In this document: in pieces, positions 14,415 through 28,517 of the stretch
How the letters are laid out: each line of letters opens with the position of its first letter
Numbering within the stretch: the first letter of the stretch is position 1
Source of the DNA: Vibrio alginolyticus NBRC 15630 = ATCC 17749
GTDB lineage: Bacteria > Pseudomonadota > Gammaproteobacteria > Enterobacterales > Vibrionaceae
Direction of reading: 5' to 3'
Length of the DNA: 32,000 nucleotides
Assembly: GCF_000354175.2 (NCBI RefSeq)
Contig: NC_022349.1
Coordinates: 2,280,001-2,312,000, forward strand
Made by a program: the position numbers and the translations under genes
The notes under the pieces: generated by a model
Databases searched by the model: none
The model's input: only the letters and a program-made list of their open reading frames with translations
Told to the model about the DNA's origin: nothing

Positions 14415-16205
14415 ATGCACAACGATACCCAAAGCCGCGTGAATGCAATTCGCGAATGGCTAGCACAACATAATATTGATGCCCTACTTGTCCCACATGA
14501 AGACGAGTATTTGGGCGAATACGTACCAGCGCACAACGAGCGTTTACATTGGCTAACTGGTTTTACTGGTTCTGCTGGTGCTGCGGTAATCACCAAAGAC
14601 AAAGCTGCTATCTTTGTTGATGGTCGCTACACGGTACAAGTCACCAAGCAGGTTCCTGCTGATCTATTCGAATACCGTCACCTGATTGAAGAGCCTGCAT
14701 TAGATTGGATTAAAGACCATCTTGCAAATGGCGCGTCTGTGGCAATCGACCCTCGCATGCATAACTCTGCTTGGTTAGACATGGCACAAGCAAAACTTGC
14801 AGGTGCACTTGAGCTTAAGATTCTCGACAGCAACCCAATTGATGAGCTGTGGCACGACCGCCCTGCTCCTGTGGTTTCTGACGTTCGCCTAATGGCAACA
14901 GAAGCGGTTGGTCAATCAAGTGAAAGTAAGCGCCAAGAAATCGCAGAGCTCGTGAAAAAAGCCGGCGCAGACAGCGCGGTGATCACAGCACTTGATTCTA
15001 TCTGTTGGTTGCTCAACGTTCGTGGTCTAGATGTATCACGTCTACCAGTTCTGCTTTCTCACGCGATTCTGCATTCAGACTCAAGCGTGGAATACTTCCT
15101 AGAGCCAGCGCGCCTACCTGCTGAGTTTGACGCTCACGTTGGTTCTGGCGTAACAGTTCATCACCCAGAAGCATTACAAGCACGACTAGAAACTCTAACT
15201 GGCAAGAATGTACTGGTTGACCCTGCGACAAGTAACGCATGGTTTAAGCTGGTTCTACAAAATGCTGGTGCATCAGTGGTGAGTAAAGCTGATCCATGCC
15301 TAATGCCAAAAGCGGCGAAGAACGCAGTTGAAATCGCAGGCATGAAAGCATGTCATATCCGTGATGGCGTGGCGATGAGCAAGTTCCTATCTTGGTTAGA
15401 TGCAGAAGTCGTTGCAGGTAATCTGCATGATGAAGCGACGCTGGCAGACAAACTGGAAGCGTTCCGTAGCGAAGACCCAACGCTTATGGACCTTAGCTTC
15501 GATACTATTTCGGCAGCAGGTGGCAACGCAGCGATGTGTCACTACAACCACGAGAACCAACCTGAACCTGGCAAGCTAGAGCTGAACACACTTTACCTAG
15601 TGGATTCAGGTGGTCAGTACCTAGATGGCACAACAGACATCACGCGTACCATTGCGATCGGTCAGCCTTCACAAGAGATGATTAAACAATTCACTCTCGC
15701 ACTAAAAGGTCACATCGGTGTTGCTCGTGCACGTTTCCCGAAAGGCACACGTGGTTACCAAATCGATACACTAGCTCGTCAGCACCTATGGGCGGAAGGC
15801 TACGATTACGACCACGGTACTGGCCACGGTGTTGGTCACTTCCTAAGTGTTCATGAAGGTCCAGCGAGCATTTCGAAGAAGCAAATCGACGTGCCTCTAA
15901 CAGAAGGCATGGTGCTATCCAACGAGCCAGGTTACTACCGTGCGGATGCGTTTGGTATCCGTATCGAGAACCTAGAGCTTGTTGTTGAAACACCAACTAA
16001 CGGTGACTTCCCTGTTCTGTCATTTGAGTCACTAACACGCTGCCCAATCGACAAGCGCAATATCAACGTTGATATGCTAACTCGTCCAGAACTTGCTTGG
16101 CTGAATGATTACCATCAGAAAGTATGGGATGAGATCAGCCCGCTAGTTGAAGGCAATGTGAAAGAGTGGCTTCGTCAAGCAACACTACCAGTAGCACACA
16201 GCTAG
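14415..16205 (+). CDS. M24-family Xaa-Pro aminopeptidase (long-form aminopeptidase P-like)
   Basis: 596 aa with AAGGA 9 nt upstream. N-terminal creatinase/prolidase-type domains are followed by the pita-bread catalytic domain: YLVDSGGQYLDGTTDITRT, HGTGHGVGHFLSVHEGP, SNEPGYY, GIRIENL. Confidence 0.88.
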   Translation: MHNDTQSRVNAIREWLAQHNIDALLVPHEDEYLGEYVPAHNERLHWLTGFTGSAGAAVITKDKAAIFVDGRYTVQVTKQVPADLFEYRHLIEEPALDWIKDHLANGASVAIDPRMHNSAWLDMAQAKLAGALELKILDSNPIDELWHDRPAPVVSDVRLMATEAVGQSSESKRQEIAELVKKAGADSAVITALDSICWLLNVRGLDVSRLPVLLSHAILHSDSSVEYFLEPARLPAEFDAHVGSGVTVHHPEALQARLETLTGKNVLVDPATSNAWFKLVLQNAGASVVSKADPCLMPKAAKNAVEIAGMKACHIRDGVAMSKFLSWLDAEVVAGNLHDEATLADKLEAFRSEDPTLMDLSFDTISAAGGNAAMCHYNHENQPEPGKLELNTLYLVDSGGQYLDGTTDITRTIAIGQPSQEMIKQFTLALKGHIGVARARFPKGTRGYQIDTLARQHLWAEGYDYDHGTGHGVGHFLSVHEGPASISKKQIDVPLTEGMVLSNEPGYYRADAFGIRIENLELVVETPTNGDFPVLSFESLTRCPIDKRNINVDMLTRPELAWLNDYHQKVWDEISPLVEGNVKEWLRQATLPVAHS

Positions 16206-16242
16206 AAGCTAGAAGCTAGAAGCTAGAAGCTAGAAGCTAGAA
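16200..16242. repeat. Heptanucleotide tandem repeat (TAGAAGC) x5 plus partial copies
   Basis: Five exact copies at 16203-16237, flanked by a partial AGC (16200-16202) and TAGAA (16238-16242). The first TAG is the aminopeptidase stop codon. Confidence 0.95.
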
Positions 16243-16248
16243 AAAGTA

Positions 16249-16282
16249 GAGGGTTGATGTTTTGCATCAACCCTCTTTTTTT
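16249..16282. terminator. Intrinsic terminator between convergent aminopeptidase and thiH genes (probably bidirectional)
   Basis: GAGGGTTGATG (16249-16259) pairs with CATCAACCCTC (16265-16275), a perfect 11-bp stem, followed by TTTTTTT. The minus-strand reading is followed by UACUUUUUC. Confidence 0.85.
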
Positions 16283-16286
16283 GCCT

Positions 16287-16304
16287 ATGTTTCACGTGAA
16301 ACAT
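16287..16304. repeat. 18-bp perfect palindrome ATGTTTCACGTGAAACAT (one of three copies of the GTTTCACGTGAAAC core)
   Basis: Exact dyad read directly from the sequence. The other copies are at 9465-9478 and 20205-20220. Confidence 0.9.
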
Positions 16305-16332
16305 AACGATGACCAGTGGCTTTATTTATTGC

Positions 16333-17445
16333 TTAACCGGAATACGCTGAGTGCCAATCTCGCCATACAGGGTCAAAACCTTTGGCTCGAATCATATTTT
16401 CCACAGAACCCGCGCTTCGTTCGTCACTGATCTCAAACTGCTCGAGTTCAGCATCATCCATCGCATAACCACCCGGCTGAGTTTTCGATGCAGCAGACAT
16501 ACTAGTGATGCCTAACGGTAATGCATTGTCTCTGAACTTCGGTGATTCACGAGTCGATAATGACAACTCCACTTCTGGATTCAACAAGCGATAAGCGCAA
16601 ATCAACTGCACAAGCTGTTTATCCGTCATGACTGATTTTGGTTGGAGCGCACCCTCACAAGGACGTAAACGTGGGAAAGAAATTGAGTAACGAGTCTGCC
16701 AATACGTGCGCTCAAGATAGTCCAAGTGCGCTGCCACATAAAAACAGTCGGTACGCCACTCTTCCAATCCTATCAAAGCACCAATACCGATCTTATCGAT
16801 GCCTGCTTTTGCAAGACGATCGGGTGTATCCAATCGGTATTCGAAATCCATTTTATTACCTCGCAAATGGTGCTCGGCGTAAGTCGAAGGATGATACGTT
16901 TCTTGATAGACCATCACCGCATCCAAACCCAATGTCTTGAGCTCTGCGTATTCGTCTTGATCTAGCGGCTGCACTTCCATCGCCAAATAGTTAAAGCGCT
17001 TCTTAATCATCGGCACCATTTCGCGGAAGTATTTCATGCCCACTTTGGTTTCGTGTTCGCCAGTCACCAGCAATACGCTATCAAACTTCATGCGTTTAAT
17101 GGCCTCAACTTCTGCAGCCACTTCGTCCCTATTCAAAGTACGACGCTTGATTCTGTTGTCCATAGAGAAGCCACAATAAGTACAAGCATTGGCGCACAAG
17201 TTAGAAAGGTACAGTGGAATATAAAGCGACATGGTATTACCAAAACGCTTGCGAGTGGCCGAGTATGACAGTTGTGCCATCTGCTCTAAGTACGCTTCAG
17301 CCGCTGGTGAAATTAGCGCTTTAAAGTCTTCCAAATCACGCTTGGGTTTATTCAATGCTCGCTCAACATCTTGTGCCGTTTTCGCGTAGATCGACATCGA
17401 AATGTCATCCCAATTAAGCTGCTTAAATTGTTCAACGAAGCTCAT
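16333..17445 (-). CDS. thiH: 2-iminoacetate synthase ThiH (radical SAM tyrosine lyase)
   Basis: 370 aa. YLSNLCANACTYCGF is the CxxxCxxC radical SAM motif. Collinear with E. coli ThiH along its whole length (QLNWDDI, VTGEH, MEVQPL, GLDAVMVYQETYH, SFPRLRP, SKTQPGGY). Confidence 0.95.
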   Translation of the reverse strand: MSFVEQFKQLNWDDISMSIYAKTAQDVERALNKPKRDLEDFKALISPAAEAYLEQMAQLSYSATRKRFGNTMSLYIPLYLSNLCANACTYCGFSMDNRIKRRTLNRDEVAAEVEAIKRMKFDSVLLVTGEHETKVGMKYFREMVPMIKKRFNYLAMEVQPLDQDEYAELKTLGLDAVMVYQETYHPSTYAEHHLRGNKMDFEYRLDTPDRLAKAGIDKIGIGALIGLEEWRTDCFYVAAHLDYLERTYWQTRYSISFPRLRPCEGALQPKSVMTDKQLVQLICAYRLLNPEVELSLSTRESPKFRDNALPLGITSMSAASKTQPGGYAMDDAELEQFEISDERSAGSVENMIRAKGFDPVWRDWHSAYSG

Positions 17446-17479
17446 GTTTTCCTCGCTTAATAGCTAAACCAATCTAGTA

Positions 17480-18247
17480 CTAAAGCTCATCTAGGAATGA
17501 CGTCAGTGGACTCGACGCAACCGCATGAGAAACCTTACCGGCAAGTCCGGCTTCATAAGCCATACGCCCCGACTCTACCGCCAACTTAAATGCCTTCGCC
17601 ATCGCAACGGGATCGCTCGAAGCTGCAATCGCAGTATTAACGAGCACGGCATCCGCGCCCATTTCCATCGCACGCGCGGCATGTGAAGGAGCACCAATAC
17701 CCGCATCAACAATGACAGGAACATTAGCTTGGTCGATGATGATCTCTAGGAAATCGTGAGAAACTATCCCTTTGTTGGAACCAATCGGAGCACCTAATGG
17801 CATGACAGCAGCGCAGCCAACCTCTTCCAATCGTTTACACAGAACCGGGTCAGCATGACAGTAAGGAAGGACAATGAAGCCTTCACGAACCAGCTGTTCA
17901 GCGGCTGCAAGTGTCTCAATTGGATCGGGCATCAAGTACTTCGGGTCTGGATGAATTTCCAGTTTTAGCCAGTTAGTACCCAACGCTTCTCGCGCCAGTT
18001 GTGCAGCAAACACAGCATCTTTAGCATTCTTTGCTCCTGATGTGTTTGGCAATAAGTTCACCCCCGCTTTTACTAGCGGCAGCAAAATATCGTCTTGTTG
18101 GTCATTCACATCCACACGCTTCAACGCCATGGTCGCAAGTTGAGAGCCCGATACTTGAATCGCTTCTGCCATTAATCGGCTGCTGGCAAATTTCCCTGTT
18201 CCCGTGAACAGTCTTGATTCGAATTGTTTATCACCAATTTTAAGCAT
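17480..18247 (-). CDS. thiG: Thiazole synthase ThiG
   Basis: 255 aa: [20 protein letters not shown]...LPNTSGA...LKLEIHPD...[13 protein letters not shown]...[12 protein letters not shown]. Confidence 0.95.
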   Translation of the reverse strand: MLKIGDKQFESRLFTGTGKFASSRLMAEAIQVSGSQLATMALKRVDVNDQQDDILLPLVKAGVNLLPNTSGAKNAKDAVFAAQLAREALGTNWLKLEIHPDPKYLMPDPIETLAAAEQLVREGFIVLPYCHADPVLCKRLEEVGCAAVMPLGAPIGSNKGIVSHDFLEIIIDQANVPVIVDAGIGAPSHAARAMEMGADAVLVNTAIAASSDPVAMAKAFKLAVESGRMAYEAGLAGKVSHAVASSPLTSFLDEL

Positions 18248-18252
18248 CGACT

Positions 18253-18507
18253 TTAACCCCCCGCGATCGCTTGAAACAAAGAGATGCTATCTCCCTGTGA
18301 AAGAACTGTGCTAGCCCACTCACTGCGTGGCACAACATTGTTATTAATTGCAAAAACGCAGCCCTTTTCTGGTAGCGCAAATTGACTAATGATTTGCTGT
18401 AGATTCGACTCACTGGCAACTCGATGTGACTGGTCATTGATGACAATAGTGATCACATCTAAGTCAGCAGCGGTCATTTGTGTTGTTTGTTGTTCTGATA
18501 ACGTCAT
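18253..18507 (-). CDS. thiS: Sulfur-carrier protein ThiS (with a short N-terminal extension; start uncertain)
   Basis: Ends in the diagnostic ...LFQAIAGG followed by a stop. The core [25 protein letters not shown]...[33 protein letters not shown] aligns with E. coli ThiS. Candidate starts are TTG 18516 (ORF track), ATG 18507 (chosen) and ATG 18477. Confidence 0.85.
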   Translation of the reverse strand: MTLSEQQTTQMTAADLDVITIVINDQSHRVASESNLQQIISQFALPEKGCVFAINNNVVPRSEWASTVLSQGDSISLFQAIAGG

Positions 18508-18553
18508 TGCTTCCAACTCTCTTAATTCTGCCTATTACTCGTATACTCGTAAG

Positions 18554-19327
18554 CTAAATCTGAGCACATACTTGGCACTGTTTGTCTTTGCTTATCGCCA
18601 TGGTTTGCCATTGCAGTTTCAACCCATCAAACAGATGCAACTTGGCAGTCTCGACATGAAACTTTCCCGTCGCCAGTTTTTGAATTGCCGCTATCGCTTG
18701 GTAGTTACCAAGTGTGCCCACTACCGGGCCGACAACACCGCTCTCACTGCATTTTTGACTTTGTGGTAATTCGTCAAACGGATACAAACAGCGGTAACAG
18801 GCTTTACTCTGCACTTCTTGTTCACTTGGTGTTTGGTAATCAAAGACAGCAAATTGCCCTTGCCAACCAATTGCCGCCGCTGAGATGAGTGGCGTATTTT
18901 GCTCGAAACAAACTTGGTTAATTAGCTGACGCGTTGGCATGTTATCGGTGCAGTCGAGCACCACATCCGCTAGCATCACCTCAAGCTGAAGCTGTGCTTT
19001 GTCTAATCGCTTATTGATAGCACGAATTTGAACCATAGTATTAAGTTCAGTAAGTTGCTTTACAGTCGCTTTTGTTTTCGCAACTTGGAGGTCTTGTTCA
19101 CGATAAATGATCTGACGTTGTAGGTTACTGCTATCAACTTCATCGTCATCGACTACAACCAATTTACCAACGCCCGCTGACGCCAAGTACAAACTCGCTG
19201 CGCTCCCCAATCCACCACAACCGATGATCAGCACATGCGATTTGCTCAAACGCTCTTGCCCAACTTCGGCAATTTCTGGCAGAGCGACTTGACGTTGATA
19301 GCGAAGGAACTGCTTATCCGTGAGCAT
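18554..19327 (-). CDS. thiF: ThiS adenylyltransferase ThiF
   Basis: ORF-track frame extends to 19357. The ATG at 19327 ([14 protein letters not shown]) aligns with the E. coli ThiF N-terminus (MNDRDFMRYSRQI). Features: GCGGLGS nucleotide loop, SNLQRQ, and the CYRC...CQVC zinc cysteines. It overlaps the thiE 3' end by 14 nt. Confidence 0.92.
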   Translation of the reverse strand: MLTDKQFLRYQRQVALPEIAEVGQERLSKSHVLIIGCGGLGSAASLYLASAGVGKLVVVDDDEVDSSNLQRQIIYREQDLQVAKTKATVKQLTELNTMVQIRAINKRLDKAQLQLEVMLADVVLDCTDNMPTRQLINQVCFEQNTPLISAAAIGWQGQFAVFDYQTPSEQEVQSKACYRCLYPFDELPQSQKCSESGVVGPVVGTLGNYQAIAAIQKLATGKFHVETAKLHLFDGLKLQWQTMAISKDKQCQVCAQI

Positions 19328-20728
19328 GCTCGCCTCTCTTACTAAGCGCCAACTCACTATTCTGATCAGTAAACGTTAGCTGTCTTTCCTTCATCAGTTG
19401 TGCAAAAAACTCGATAACGAACTGAGGTGATTCTGCCAACGTAATAGCACGCACAACTGCCAAACTAGAGACGCCTGTGCGCCAAACTTGGTCTGCATTA
19501 GATTGGTCAATGCCACCAATCGCGACCGTCGGAAAGCCAAGCACATAGTCACTATCTGCTTTGTCTTTTGAAGGATGGAAAACCGACTCCGCGTTTCCAT
19601 AAGGAATGCTATCAATCAGCTTTTGATACAGAGCCAAGCGCACCAAACCTTGTGGTTTCGATGGCATCTGTTTTGTGGTGGTTGGGAAAATATGCCCTAG
19701 CGCGATGTAACTAGGATGAATTTGTACGATGCGCAGTAGCTCATAATAACCATGAGTAGAAAGACCAAGACGAATGCCGGCTTTAGTTAGCTGAGCCAAA
19801 TTCGATTCTTCTATGTCTTCTTGTCCTAGGTGAACACCATAAGCGCCATGCTTGATTGCCAACTGCCAATAGTCATTGATGAACACTTGTGCTTGATACT
19901 GACGACCTAGCTCAATTGCTCGAATGATCTGTTGTTCTAAATCGGCTTGTTGTGGGTCCTTGATTCGCAGTTGAATAGTGTTGATGCCTAGTGGCAGTAA
20001 ACGCTCAATCCAAGCAACGTCATCAACGACTGGGTAGAGCCCTAGACTTTGCTTGGTTAGAGTTGGAAAGCTAACACTCTCACCTTGTGCAGACCAACCA
20101 ACTTGAATACCTAGTCGGTTATCCTCCAGTACAGGTGTGGGGAAATCATCAAATTGGTCAGCCCACTGAGTAGAGCGTCCCTCGTCAAGGTTGTCGTTCA
20201 ACAGTGTTTCACGTGAAACATTCGCTTGTTGAGTTAGCATTCCTTGAGCAAGTGTTAACGCATCTTCGATAGGAAAATCGAGTACTGTCAGCGTTACTAT
20301 CCAAGCAAGGTGATGTTCGGGATCGAACATTGCGTTGGGTTTGGACTTAACGGAAAGCGCTCTCACTTCGTCGTTAATTGGGTGACGCCAGATATCAAGC
20401 TGAAGCACTTTCTCCTTTTCACCGAAAACCTGAGTATCAGCAATACCAATATAAATCGCTTTCGACGGTTGCTTAGCACACGCTTCTACCGACAAAGCAG
20501 AACGGTAATAGAGCACAAGTGAACTCTCATGCTCAGAGTCATAATCATCAATGAGATCAGTCGTTATGTGTGTGGTCTGTTGGCCGCGAACAAGCTGAAT
20601 AGATTGAGTTGGGCTCACACCCAACTCAATGTCTTCAATGCTAAAACCCTGTTCTTTCGCCAACAACAAACATTGCTGAACGAAACCTGTCAGTTCAATC
20701 AACGATGACGGAATAAGGATTTTGCTCA

Positions 20729-20729
<1 letters not shown>
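19314..20729 (-). CDS. thiE: Thiamine-phosphate synthase ThiE with an about 228-aa N-terminal extension of unknown function
   Basis: 471 aa, versus about 211 aa for E. coli ThiE. Residues about 229-433 ([17 protein letters not shown]...LQLRIKD...[23 protein letters not shown]...[21 protein letters not shown]...PTVAIGGI) are collinear with E. coli ThiE. I recognise no motifs in residues 1-228. The start forms TAATG with the thiC stop. Confidence 0.9.
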
Positions 20730-22693
<1,964 letters not shown>

Positions 22694-22844
22694 CTAGATA
22701 AAAAGTAATTGGATAAAAATGCTTGGCGGATAGATGCGACAAGAGGAGTCAAATTAAGGCTAGTTAAAGCTTACGATATTTGCCTGTAACAACATTCGAC
22801 TTTTGATAGATCAACCAGAAAGAACTCCGGTGTGAATATCTTCT

Positions 22845-22925
22845 CTTGTTCCCTTCGCAGATTCTAATCTGATCAGGTTCAACGGATCCCGAATTAACGG
22901 TCTCAGCCTTATGGCACTCCGACAA
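22845..22925 (-). ncRNA. TPP (THI-box) riboswitch aptamer in the thiC leader
   Basis: The minus strand reads GGAGUGCCAUAAGGCUGAGACCGUUAAUUCGGGAUCCGUUGAACCUGAUCAGAUUAGAAUCUGCGAAGGGAA. It contains the invariant CUGAGA, ACCUGAUC.GGAU.A..C..GCG.AGGGA-type elements in the correct order, about 175 nt upstream of the thiC ATG. Confidence 0.9.
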
Positions 22926-22940
22926 GTGATGTCAGTATAT

Positions 22941-22966
22941 AAAAACGGCTTGGTGAAACCAAGCCG
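22941..22966 (-). terminator. Intrinsic terminator of crcB, overlapping the thi operon promoter region
   Basis: The minus strand reads CGGCUUGGU-UUC-ACCAAGCCG followed by UUUUU. It is immediately followed by TATATACT, a candidate -10 for the thiC leader, with TTGGTT 17 nt upstream inside the hairpin. Confidence 0.7.
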
Positions 22967-22991
22967 ACCTGTTCAATTTTTAACTACTTTG

Positions 22992-23375
22992 CTAGCTGCG
23001 CATCAATAATTGAAAGCCTATCCACGCCGCTGAAATACTTAACACTACATTCAACAATACGTTCAACCCCATCTTAAAGAAAGCGCCCTGCTGCATAAGC
23101 AACACATTATCCATCGAGAAGGTGGAAAACGTCGTTAGTGCCCCTAAAAAACCCAAGCCAATCACTTGTCGCCAAGGTTCCGTTGCCAAAAGTTCATTAT
23201 CGAAAGCTGCTATCAATAAGCCCATCATAAATGAGCCAACAACGTTAACGGTTAACGTACCATATGGAAAACCACGCCCCAATAAAATGACACAAAGTTC
23301 AGAAATTAAGTAACGAGAACATGCACCAAATGCACCACCCAATGCAATAAAACCCAAAACGGATAGTTGTCCCAT
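22992..23375 (-). CDS. crcB: Fluoride ion channel CrcB/FluC
   Basis: ORF-track frame extends to 23438. The ATG at 23375 gives 127 aa: MGQLSVLGFIALGGAFGACSRYLI...GFPYGTLTVNVVGSFMMG...GFLGALTTFSTFS. It has four TM segments and the CrcB signature GxxGGxTTFSTF. Confidence 0.9.
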   Translation of the reverse strand: MGQLSVLGFIALGGAFGACSRYLISELCVILLGRGFPYGTLTVNVVGSFMMGLLIAAFDNELLATEPWRQVIGLGFLGALTTFSTFSMDNVLLMQQGAFFKMGLNVLLNVVLSISAAWIGFQLLMRS

Positions 23376-23498
23376 AATTCCCCCAGAAAAGTTAATGGCG
23401 ACATTGTAATCAAATTTACGGCAATAGTGATTATACAATCTTAGAATTCAGCAAAGTATAGCGCTTAAAACTTATCAAGATTTTAAAAGTTACAGGAG

Positions 23499-24881
23499 TC
23501 ACTTTACTTCGATGTAACCCATCAACCCCGTCTTCATGTGTTCAATTACATGACAATGGTACATCCAACGCCCTGGGTTATCTGCAACAAATGCCGCTTT
23601 CGCACTGCCGCTTTTTCCAAGTAAGACCGTATCGGTATGAAACGGTTCGTCGAGTTTTTTGCCATCTAACTCAAGAACCGTAAATGTGTGTCCATGAAGA
23701 TGAATAGGATGATGATATTGGGTGACGTTCTTTAGGTTGAAGATATAGGTTTTTCCCATCTCCAATGTTGAAAGCGGCGCTGGAATATTATCTTTGCTCA
23801 TTCCTTCCCAAGCCCGTTTGTTCATCAGCCAGAATTGGGGGATCGCTTTGCCCGATTTATCAGCAGGAGTGATCGCCCCCTCCCACTCAAACACATAATC
23901 GATTTGCTCTGCATTTTTCAAATCGAGAGCTGGCACAGGGTTGAGAGGTAACAAAGGCAGTTTCTGGTTGCTCGGCAAGTCAGACTCAACAACGTCAAAC
24001 TCGCACAAAGGGAATGGGAAGCGTCCTTTCATTCGACGCACATAAACACGTGTTCCAGCCTTCGGAGCAATCAATCCGACATCCAACCTCATTCCTGGAC
24101 CAATTTTGTGCTGAGTGAGCTTATAAGGCGCTTTAACAGGATTACCATCAATAGCAATAACCCAAGCCTCTGCACCTTCAATAGCGATCGGGTAAGTAAT
24201 GGTATTATCGACATTAGCAATTCTTAATCGCGTGGTAGCATTCTGCTTCAGCGCATAAACAGGTTCATGCACACCATTGACGCTACTCCACTCTCCGGGA
24301 GTCCCCATACGAGCGCTCAAGCGCGGTACCATAAGGTTCTTCCACTGACCTTGTTTGTCTAAATGCCAATGCTTTAGAACTATTTCCTGTTCTTCATCAA
24401 ATAGAACAGGCTCAGCCTCTTCAACGATAATTAACCCAACTAAGCCCATACCAAGTTGCTTAACGCTATTCATATGGGGGTGATACCAAAACGTGCCTGC
24501 ATCTGGCGGTGTAAATTCATAAACGAATGTTTCACCCGGCATGATAGGCGGCTGGCTTAAGAAAGGTACACCATCCATTTCAATAGGGATTCGCAAGCCA
24601 TGCCAGTGAATTGTAGTTGGCTCTGAAAGCTTGTTGGTGAATCGGATAATAACTTTCTCACCTTGGCGACAGCGAATCGTAGGCGCTGGAATCGAACCAT
24701 TAAATGCGAGTACGTCTGTGTTAAACCCTGGGACCAATTCTGCAGTAGAAGGCTCTGCAGTGATATCGTATATATATTGCCCCTGCTTATTAGTGCTCCT
24801 AGATAGAGAACATGCAGGTAGAACGGTAAGCGCGGAGATTGCTAAGGATGATTGAAGAAAGCGTCGACGAGATATATCCAT
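23499..24881 (-). CDS. Tat-exported three-domain multicopper oxidase (laccase-like)
   Basis: 460 aa. Twin-arginine signal MDISRRRFLQSSLAISALTVLPAC. All four copper-ligand motifs are present: HWHG, WYHPH, HPIHLHGH, HCHVIEHMKTGLM. No Met-rich insert. Confidence 0.88.
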   Translation of the reverse strand: MDISRRRFLQSSLAISALTVLPACSLSRSTNKQGQYIYDITAEPSTAELVPGFNTDVLAFNGSIPAPTIRCRQGEKVIIRFTNKLSEPTTIHWHGLRIPIEMDGVPFLSQPPIMPGETFVYEFTPPDAGTFWYHPHMNSVKQLGMGLVGLIIVEEAEPVLFDEEQEIVLKHWHLDKQGQWKNLMVPRLSARMGTPGEWSSVNGVHEPVYALKQNATTRLRIANVDNTITYPIAIEGAEAWVIAIDGNPVKAPYKLTQHKIGPGMRLDVGLIAPKAGTRVYVRRMKGRFPFPLCEFDVVESDLPSNQKLPLLPLNPVPALDLKNAEQIDYVFEWEGAITPADKSGKAIPQFWLMNKRAWEGMSKDNIPAPLSTLEMGKTYIFNLKNVTQYHHPIHLHGHTFTVLELDGKKLDEPFHTDTVLLGKSGSAKAAFVADNPGRWMYHCHVIEHMKTGLMGYIEVK

Positions 24882-25088
24882 ACATAGTTACTCATTAATC
24901 CAGATCGGTTGAGTGTAACTAAATATAAATAGTGATTCCCCTTTATTATTAAAATTTCGGGCCACTGATCATTACAGCTAACTGTAGTTTCGTTCGTTCA
25001 GTAGATTAAATGCAGCCAAAGTACAGCAGAAAGCCATACTTACGGGATAAGAGTAGAAATAAGCTATAATAATGAGAAGAAACCAGAT

Positions 25089-25119
25089 ACAAAAAAGGCT
25101 CTGACCTAAGTCAGAGCCT
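25089..25119 (-). terminator. Intrinsic terminator of the rrn/tRNA operon
   Basis: The minus strand reads GGCUCUGAC-UUAG-GUCAGAGCC followed by UUUUUU (complement of 25091-25119), just downstream of tRNA-Trp. Confidence 0.85.
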
Positions 25120-25125
25120 GATATA

Positions 25126-25202
<77 letters not shown>

Positions 25203-25263
25203 ATAGAATTTTCATATTCTAGATTTGACAAAACCTCGCATAAGCGAGGTTGTCGATATTAAG

Positions 25264-25340
25264 TGGCGGAGTGGACGGGACTCGAACCCGCGACCCCCGG
25301 CGTGACAGGCCGGTATTCTAACCAACTGAACTACCACTCC
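25264..25340 (-). tRNA. aspT: tRNA-Asp (anticodon GTC)
   Basis: The reverse complement GGAGTGGTAGTTCAGTTGGTTAGAATACCGGCCTGTCACGCCGGGGGTCGCGGGTTCGAGTCCCGTCCACTCCGCCA is 77 nt and close to E. coli tRNA-Asp. Confidence 0.95.
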
Positions 25341-25415
25341 GCAGTGGTATCACTCGCTTTAATAAGCAAGCGTCCGCTTTTGTCTTCACTTTTCGAAAAA
25401 GTGAAAATAAAACTA

Positions 25416-25536
25416 AAGCCTGGCGATGTCCTACTCTCACATGGGGAAGCCCCACACTACCATCGGCGCTATTTCGTTTCACTTCTGAGTTCGGCATGGA
25501 AATCAGGTGGGTCCAAAACGCTATGGTCGCCAAGCA
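25416..25536 (-). rRNA. rrf: 5S ribosomal RNA
   Basis: The reverse complement begins TGCTTGGCGACCATAGCG...CCGAACTCAGAAGTGAAAC...GCCGATGGTAGTGTGGGG and ends ...GAGAGTAGGACATCGCCAGGCTT. Collinear with E. coli 5S. Confidence 0.93.
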
Positions 25537-25627
25537 AATTCTTTAATCTGGAAAGCTGTTTCTTAATTCTCGTTACTACACATTCAACGTTCTTTCATTG
25601 AGTCCATCAAAACCCCTTGGGTGTTGT

Positions 25628-28517
<2,890 letters not shown>

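Noticed and set aside
14279-14602. Minus-strand ORFs of 107 and 68 aa overlapping the start of the aminopeptidase gene, and a 17-codon + strand mini-ORF at 14348..14401.
   Set aside because: The minus-strand ORFs are antisense to a well-supported CDS, Cys/Ser-rich and without an RBS. The mini-ORF has no RBS and nothing that suggests a leader peptide.
16200-16242. The tandem repeat, considered as a possible CRISPR array or regulatory iteron.
   Set aside because: It has a 7-bp period with no spacers, so it is a simple microsatellite. No cas genes are present and no CRISPR-like repeat-spacer structure occurs anywhere in the window.
18389-18888. + strand ORFs 18389..18769 (126 aa) and 18685..18888 (67 aa).
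   Set aside because: They are antisense to the conserved thiS and thiF frames. Cys-rich artefactual composition and no RBS.
23376-23498. A fluoride riboswitch (crcB motif) expected upstream of crcB.
   Set aside because: Read on the minus strand, the leader contains an extended -10 (TGTATAAT) but none of the conserved fluoride-aptamer segments. Many gamma-proteobacterial crcB genes lack the riboswitch.
24882-25088. CueR, CopR/CusR or LexA-type operators upstream of the multicopper oxidase (for example TACAG-CTAA-CTGTA near 24994).
   Set aside because: Only a 5-bp-arm dyad with the wrong spacing for LexA is present. There is no CCTTCC/GGAAGG-type CueR site and no CopR box, so nothing here supports a call.
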